64,000 nt of DNA, from positions 5,376,001 through 5,440,000 of the forward strand of contig OY843751.1 of NCBI GenBank assembly GCA_963693055.1, in the 5' to 3' direction. Every line of letters starts with the position of its first letter. The first letter of the stretch is position 1. This stretch comes from a bacterium (GTDB lineage: Bacteria; Zhuqueibacterota; Zhuqueibacteria; Residuimicrobiales; Krinioviventaceae). Under the pieces are notes generated by a model. The model was not told where the DNA came from, did no database searches, and saw nothing but the letters and a program-made list of their open reading frames with translations. Both the position numbers and the translations under genes were made by a program. Shown piece by piece: positions 59,494 through 64,000 of the stretch.

Positions 59494-60852
59494 TTATTGG
59501 GTAGTAAAAATCTGAAATCCACTATAAGCTTCCATACCGTGCTCGCCAATATCCAGACCGCGGAGCTCTTCTTCTTCACTAACTCGAATTCCAACAGTCT
59601 TTTTAATGGTCCAGAACAAAATCAAGCCCAGTCCAAAAGCCCAAACAAATCCTACAAGAACACCAAGCGCCTGAATTCCTAAAAGTTTGAAACCGCCACC
59701 GTAAAACAGGCCGCCATCTGCGTTGAATAATCCAATTGCCAGGGTACCAAAAGCACCGTTAACACCGTGAACACTGACAGCACCAACAGGATCGTCAACT
59801 TTGAGAACTTTATCAATAAACAGAACACTGACAACAACCAGAACACCTGCAATTGCACCAATGATAACGGATGCAATTGGAGTCACCGTAGCACACGGAG
59901 CAGTAATTGCAACCAATCCTGCCAGGGCACCATTCAATGCCATTGAGGCATCCGGTTTCTTGTCAATGATCCATGAAGTAAACATTGCCAGCACAGCACC
60001 TGCTGCAGCTGAAAGGTTTGTAGTAACAGCAATACGACCAATGTCTCCATCACCAAATGTGGTACTACCAGGGTTAAAACCAAACCAACCAAACCAGAGA
60101 ATAAATACACCCAAAGCAGCCAAAGTGATGTTATGACCAGGAATAGCTTTTGCTGAACCATCCGGGCCGTATTTTCCTATTCTGGGTCCAAGAACTATGG
60201 CGCCAGCAAGGGCCAACCATCCACCAATAGAGTGAACTACTGTAGAGCCTGCAAAATCCTGGAAACCAAGGTTTTCTAACCAGCCGCTTCCATCCAGCAA
60301 CGAGCCCCAGGCCCATGAACCAAAAATCGGGTAAATAATTGCACAAATAAAAACACTATAAATCAAATAACTGGTAAATTTTGTCCGTTCCGCCATGGCG
60401 CCAGAAACAATGGTAGCAGCCGTACCGGCGAATACGGTCTGAAAGATCAGAAATGTCCAATTCCAGTCCTTACTCATGGGATCAGTTCCCAGCAGGAGAA
60501 AATTGGTTGTTCCAAAAAAACCATTGGTAACACCAAACATCAAGCCAAAACCAACCAGAAAAAAGGCCAGCGTACCGATTGAAAAATCCATCAAATTTTT
60601 CATCATAATATTAATGGCATTTTTGGCTCGTGTAAATCCGGCTTCAACCATGGCGAACCCGGCCTGCATAAAGAATACCATAAAGGCCGCGACGGCAGTC
60701 CAAACGATATTCAGGTTGTTTTGCATACTTTCTTCAAGTGCGGCAACCGCATCCGCTGTCTCACCAGATGCAGCAGCATCTTGTGAAAAAGCCGGCACAG
60801 TCAACATAGCCATCACAAGTAACACATAAAATAGAAGCAACTTTTTTCTCAT
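59494..60852 (-). CDS. amtB: Ammonium transporter
   Basis: FMQAGFAMVEAG, SGAMAER, DFAGSTVVH, LWFGWFGFN, NGALAGLVAIT, DDPVGAVSVHG, GLD.GEHG..AY. Confidence 0.97.
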   Translation of the reverse strand: MRKKLLLFYVLLVMAMLTVPAFSQDAAASGETADAVAALEESMQNNLNIVWTAVAAFMVFFMQAGFAMVEAGFTRAKNAINIMMKNLMDFSIGTLAFFLVGFGLMFGVTNGFFGTTNFLLLGTDPMSKDWNWTFLIFQTVFAGTAATIVSGAMAERTKFTSYLIYSVFICAIIYPIFGSWAWGSLLDGSGWLENLGFQDFAGSTVVHSIGGWLALAGAIVLGPRIGKYGPDGSAKAIPGHNITLAALGVFILWFGWFGFNPGSTTFGDGDIGRIAVTTNLSAAAGAVLAMFTSWIIDKKPDASMALNGALAGLVAITAPCATVTPIASVIIGAIAGVLVVVSVLFIDKVLKVDDPVGAVSVHGVNGAFGTLAIGLFNADGGLFYGGGFKLLGIQALGVLVGFVWAFGLGLILFWTIKKTVGIRVSEEEELRGLDIGEHGMEAYSGFQIFTTQ

Positions 60853-60888
60853 TATACATCTCCCTTTACAATCAGTTCATAATTTCTA

Positions 60889-61230
60889 CTAACCAATGGC
60901 ATCGTGTCCGGTTTCACCGGTGCGGATACGAATACAATCATCAAGCGACATCACAAAGATCTTTCCATCGCCAATGTTTCCAGTTTTAGCTCCCGCAATA
61001 ATACCTTCCACTGTCGACTCTACATATTCTTCATTGACAGCAATTTCAAGACGGATTTTTTTCAGTAAATTCACCTCTATGTCAGCACCGCGATAAGTTT
61101 CGTGGTAGCCTTTTTGTTGTCCGCAGCCAAGAGCATTGGTCACAGACAATTTGAAAATTTTGCGTTCATACAACGCTTGCTTTACCGCATTCAATTTTGC
61201 GGGTTGAATATAAGCAACAACTAACTTCAT
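60889..61230 (-). CDS. glnK: P-II nitrogen regulatory protein
   Basis: [27 protein letters not shown]; upstream of amtB; ATG 61230 after GGAGG. Confidence 0.95.
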   Translation of the reverse strand: MKLVVAYIQPAKLNAVKQALYERKIFKLSVTNALGCGQQKGYHETYRGADIEVNLLKKIRLEIAVNEEYVESTVEGIIAGAKTGNIGDGKIFVMSLDDCIRIRTGETGHDAIG

Positions 61231-61273
61231 GAGCTCCTCCAATGTTAAGTTTTATAAACTCAATTTGCCATAT

Positions 61274-61288
61274 TCAACATTTGTGCCA
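61274..61288 (-). promoter_or_regulatory. Sigma54 promoter of glnK-amtB (variant -12)
   Basis: Minus strand TGGCAC-AAATG-TTGA. Confidence 0.65.
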
Positions 61289-61366
61289 CATTTCACACAG
61301 TGCGCTAAATTCAATAATTACAAAATTTTAATGCCGAAACCCAAAAGCTAAACAACAACAAAATCA

Positions 61367-61410
61367 CAACATTTTCGTAGCAAAAATTTTTCTATCATAC
61401 AAAATTGTAT
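61367..61410. promoter_or_regulatory. Pair of palindromic activator sites upstream of the glnK promoter
   Basis: CAACATTTTCGTAG 61367 and ATACAAAATTGTAT 61397, 30 bp apart. Confidence 0.7.
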
Positions 61411-61624
61411 GCATTTTTCAATAACGAGCTACAATAAACCATATTTTGCACGTTTAATCACCACTCTCCTTTTTCATTTCGACTGAATTTTCTAACGCTC
61501 TTTATTGTTTCTATATTAGCATCGCGTCTTGCGACCAATGGGCCGCTTTTCTGCAAATTAATAGTATTTCACCATTATTTTATTTGCTTTTTCAGGTGGA
61601 ATTTGTATATTATATCAAAATTAG

Positions 61625-61668
61625 CAACAAAAATGTAGCATATAAAAATTTAGCCTACTAAATTGTAA
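61625..61668. promoter_or_regulatory. Pair of the same sites just upstream of the activator gene (possible autoregulation)
   Basis: CAACAAAAATGTAG 61625 and CTACTAAATTGTAA 61655, 30 bp apart; downstream of a TTGCTT...TATATT sigma70-like promoter (61584-61611). Confidence 0.7.
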
Positions 61669-61694
61669 TAAATAAGCCGGAGCATAGTTGAGAA

Positions 61695-63263
61695 ATGGCA
61701 GAATCGGCCCGTTCTAAAAAAAACAGCACATCATCAGATTCTTTTAGCAAAAAATTATCGATTCTGATTGAAATAAACAGAGCGCTGGGACGAACCCTGG
61801 ATCTTCAACAGGGACTCAAAGCAGCATTGCAAATCCTTGAAGATAAGTATAATATAAAATCCGGAGCAGTTTTCCTGACAGACGATAATGATTCAACCCT
61901 CGATATGGCTACGTCTATCGGTTATCGTGCCGAACTGGCTAAAACCAAATTCAAGCTGGGCGAGGGACTTACAGGCCGCGTTGCAGAAACCGGCAAACCC
62001 ATCATTGTGCCTCAGGTAAGCAAAGAACCCCTGTTCCTGAATCGTATGAGCTCATGGAATCCGGAAAAAGACCGCGAGCAGTCTTTTGTGGGTGTGCCCA
62101 TTGAACTGGATTACCGCACATTGGGCGTTCTGATCGTAAACCTGCCTTACACACCCCGCAGGGATTATGACCAAACGGCTAAATTCCTTATCCTTGTTGC
62201 ATCAGCTCTTGTACAGCCCATTCGCTTACGTCGGGTTATTGAACAGGAGCGTCAACGCCTGATCGATGAAAATGTAATGCTGAAACAAAAACTGCAGGAA
62301 GAGCACAGCTTTCAAAATATTATTGGCACCAGTCACGAAATGCGTGACGTTTACGAAAAAGTAACTCAAGTAGCCAGGGCAAACACAACTGTATTGATCC
62401 GCGGTGAATCAGGTACCGGCAAAGAACTTATTGCACAAGCTATACATTACAACTCGCTCCGCAATGAAAAACCATTCATACGCGTCAATTGCGCGGCTAT
62501 TCCTGAGAATCTGATTGAATCCGAATTTTTCGGATACGAAAAAGGTGCATTTACCGGAGCGGTTGCCCGTAAAAAAGGCCGTTTTGAGCTGGCTGATGGC
62601 GGTACCATCTTTTTGGATGAAATTGGAGATCTAACCCCCATGACACAGGTCAAATTGCTGCGTGTACTCCAAGAGCAAGAATTTGAGCGTGTTGGCGGAA
62701 CTGAAACCATTCGTGTGGATGTACGGGTTATAACGGCTACCAATGCAGATCTGGAAAAGCTCATGCACGAAAATATTTTTCGCGAAGATCTCTATTATCG
62801 ACTCAATGTCTTTTCTATATTATTGCCTCCATTGAGAGAAAGACACGAAGATATTCTACTTTTGGCAGACCACTTTATGCTCAAATACGGCAGACAACAA
62901 AGCAAATCCATCAAACGCATCTCAACACCTGCAATTGACATGCTGATGCGTTACCACTGGCCGGGAAACGTCCGTGAGCTGGAAAACGTTGTTGAACGCG
63001 CGGTCCTGGTTTGCGACGATCAGGTTATTCACAGCTATCATCTGCCACCTACATTACAAACCGCGGAAAGCAGCGGCACCGTTGCCCGCTTGTCTTTGGA
63101 TGAATCCATTTCCAATTATGAAAAAGAGATCATTCAGGATACATTAAAAACCACACGTGGAAACCGGGCCAAAGCAGCGCGCCTGCTAAAGACAACCGAG
63201 CGGATTATGGGTTATAAAATTTCAAAATATGAAATTGATGTTACAAGATATAAAAATTTATAA
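61695..63263 (+). CDS. NifA-like sigma54-dependent activator (GAF - AAA+ - Fis HTH)
   Basis: GAF ([26 protein letters not shown]), [43 protein letters not shown]. Confidence 0.93.
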   Translation: MAESARSKKNSTSSDSFSKKLSILIEINRALGRTLDLQQGLKAALQILEDKYNIKSGAVFLTDDNDSTLDMATSIGYRAELAKTKFKLGEGLTGRVAETGKPIIVPQVSKEPLFLNRMSSWNPEKDREQSFVGVPIELDYRTLGVLIVNLPYTPRRDYDQTAKFLILVASALVQPIRLRRVIEQERQRLIDENVMLKQKLQEEHSFQNIIGTSHEMRDVYEKVTQVARANTTVLIRGESGTGKELIAQAIHYNSLRNEKPFIRVNCAAIPENLIESEFFGYEKGAFTGAVARKKGRFELADGGTIFLDEIGDLTPMTQVKLLRVLQEQEFERVGGTETIRVDVRVITATNADLEKLMHENIFREDLYYRLNVFSILLPPLRERHEDILLLADHFMLKYGRQQSKSIKRISTPAIDMLMRYHWPGNVRELENVVERAVLVCDDQVIHSYHLPPTLQTAESSGTVARLSLDESISNYEKEIIQDTLKTTRGNRAKAARLLKTTERIMGYKISKYEIDVTRYKNL

Positions 63264-63347
63264 TTTTTTTTGAAACTTTTTGAAATTTCCGGCATCTTAT
63301 TATTAAATAATAACAATAACGATTACTAATAAAAGAGGGAATTTAAA

Positions 63348-63998
63348 ATGGAACAAGAAACTGTACAAACACCCAGTCTGCCAAGAATCAATGAACCCGC
63401 ACCAGATTTTACCGCAAAAACCACCCATGGAGATATCAAACTTTCTTCTTTGAAAGGCAAATGGGTTGTGCTCTTTTCACATCCGGCAGATTTTACTCCC
63501 GTATGTACAACAGAGTTTATGGCTTTTGCAAAAAAGAATGATGATTTTAAAAAGCTCAACACCCAGGTTATAGGCCTTAGTATTGACAGCTTGTACTCAC
63601 ATATCGCGTGGGTTAAAAGCATTAAAGCTAATTTTGATGTAGATATTCCGTTCCCCATCATTGAAGACCTGAAAATGGATGTTGCCACCAAATACGGTAT
63701 GATCCATCCGGGAGCAGCAGATACTTCAGCCGTACGCGCAGTTTTTGTAATTGACGACAAGGGTATTATGCGCGCAATGGTTTACTATCCATTATCAAAC
63801 GGACGCAGTATTGATGAAATTTATCGTCTTGTTCAGGCATTGCAAACATCAGATAAAAACGGTGTAGCGACACCTGAAAACTGGAAACCCGGTGAAAAAG
63901 TGATTGTTCCTCCACCATTGACCCAGGAAGCTGCCGACAAACGCAAAGATGAAGGTTACGATTATACAGACTGGTATTTCAGCAAAAAGCAGTTATAA
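63348..63998 (+). CDS. Peroxiredoxin (Prx6/1-Cys type)
   Basis: FSHPADFTPVCTTE, GLSIDS, RAVFVID, YYP..NGR, ATPENW. Confidence 0.95.
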   Translation: MEQETVQTPSLPRINEPAPDFTAKTTHGDIKLSSLKGKWVVLFSHPADFTPVCTTEFMAFAKKNDDFKKLNTQVIGLSIDSLYSHIAWVKSIKANFDVDIPFPIIEDLKMDVATKYGMIHPGAADTSAVRAVFVIDDKGIMRAMVYYPLSNGRSIDEIYRLVQALQTSDKNGVATPENWKPGEKVIVPPPLTQEAADKRKDEGYDYTDWYFSKKQL

Positions 63999-64000
63999 GC

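Noticed and set aside
61695-63263. Calling this gene nifA and inferring nitrogen fixation
   Set aside because: No nif genes in the window, and the associated motif differs from TGT-N10-ACA

Overview
Bacterial chromosomal window, roughly 40% GC by eye. A protein with a 'NYPNPFNPST' C-terminal sorting domain, LptD, TonB receptors, sigma54 and clear Shine-Dalgarno sites suggest a diderm FCB-group organism such as KSB1 or Calditrichota (inference). In order: (1) an AT-rich type II restriction-modification pair whose C5 methyltransferase resembles M.BepI (CGCG); (2) rarA-lptD; (3) a tight pduL-ogt-NUDIX-ssb operon; (4) a ~20 kb phosphate-starvation island with an orphan PstS, a PAP2/GT4/PHP-GT/GT4/flippase operon (candidate phosphorus-free glycolipid pathway), a TonB receptor with an internally duplicated beta-helix secreted protein, a PiT-PhoU-like transporter and PhoBR, linked by a shared 11-bp-periodic TTAACA/TTTACA box; (5) mnmA, carbohydrate genes, feoAB/CDF, dcd, and nrdDG with NrdR boxes and a structured leader; (6) GH78, a DUF3857 pair and an RND pump; (7) a nitrogen-assimilation locus (glnN, TorF/Gcw_chp porin, amtB, glnK, NifA-like activator, no nif genes) with two sigma54 promoters and ~30-bp-phased arrays of the palindrome CTACAWWWWTGTAG, interrupted by a GC-richer TonB receptor/DUF4249 pair and an AATCAAGGT repeat tract; (8) a peroxiredoxin. 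No rRNA, tRNA, CRISPR array or transposase was seen. All family assignments come from motif recognition, not database searches.
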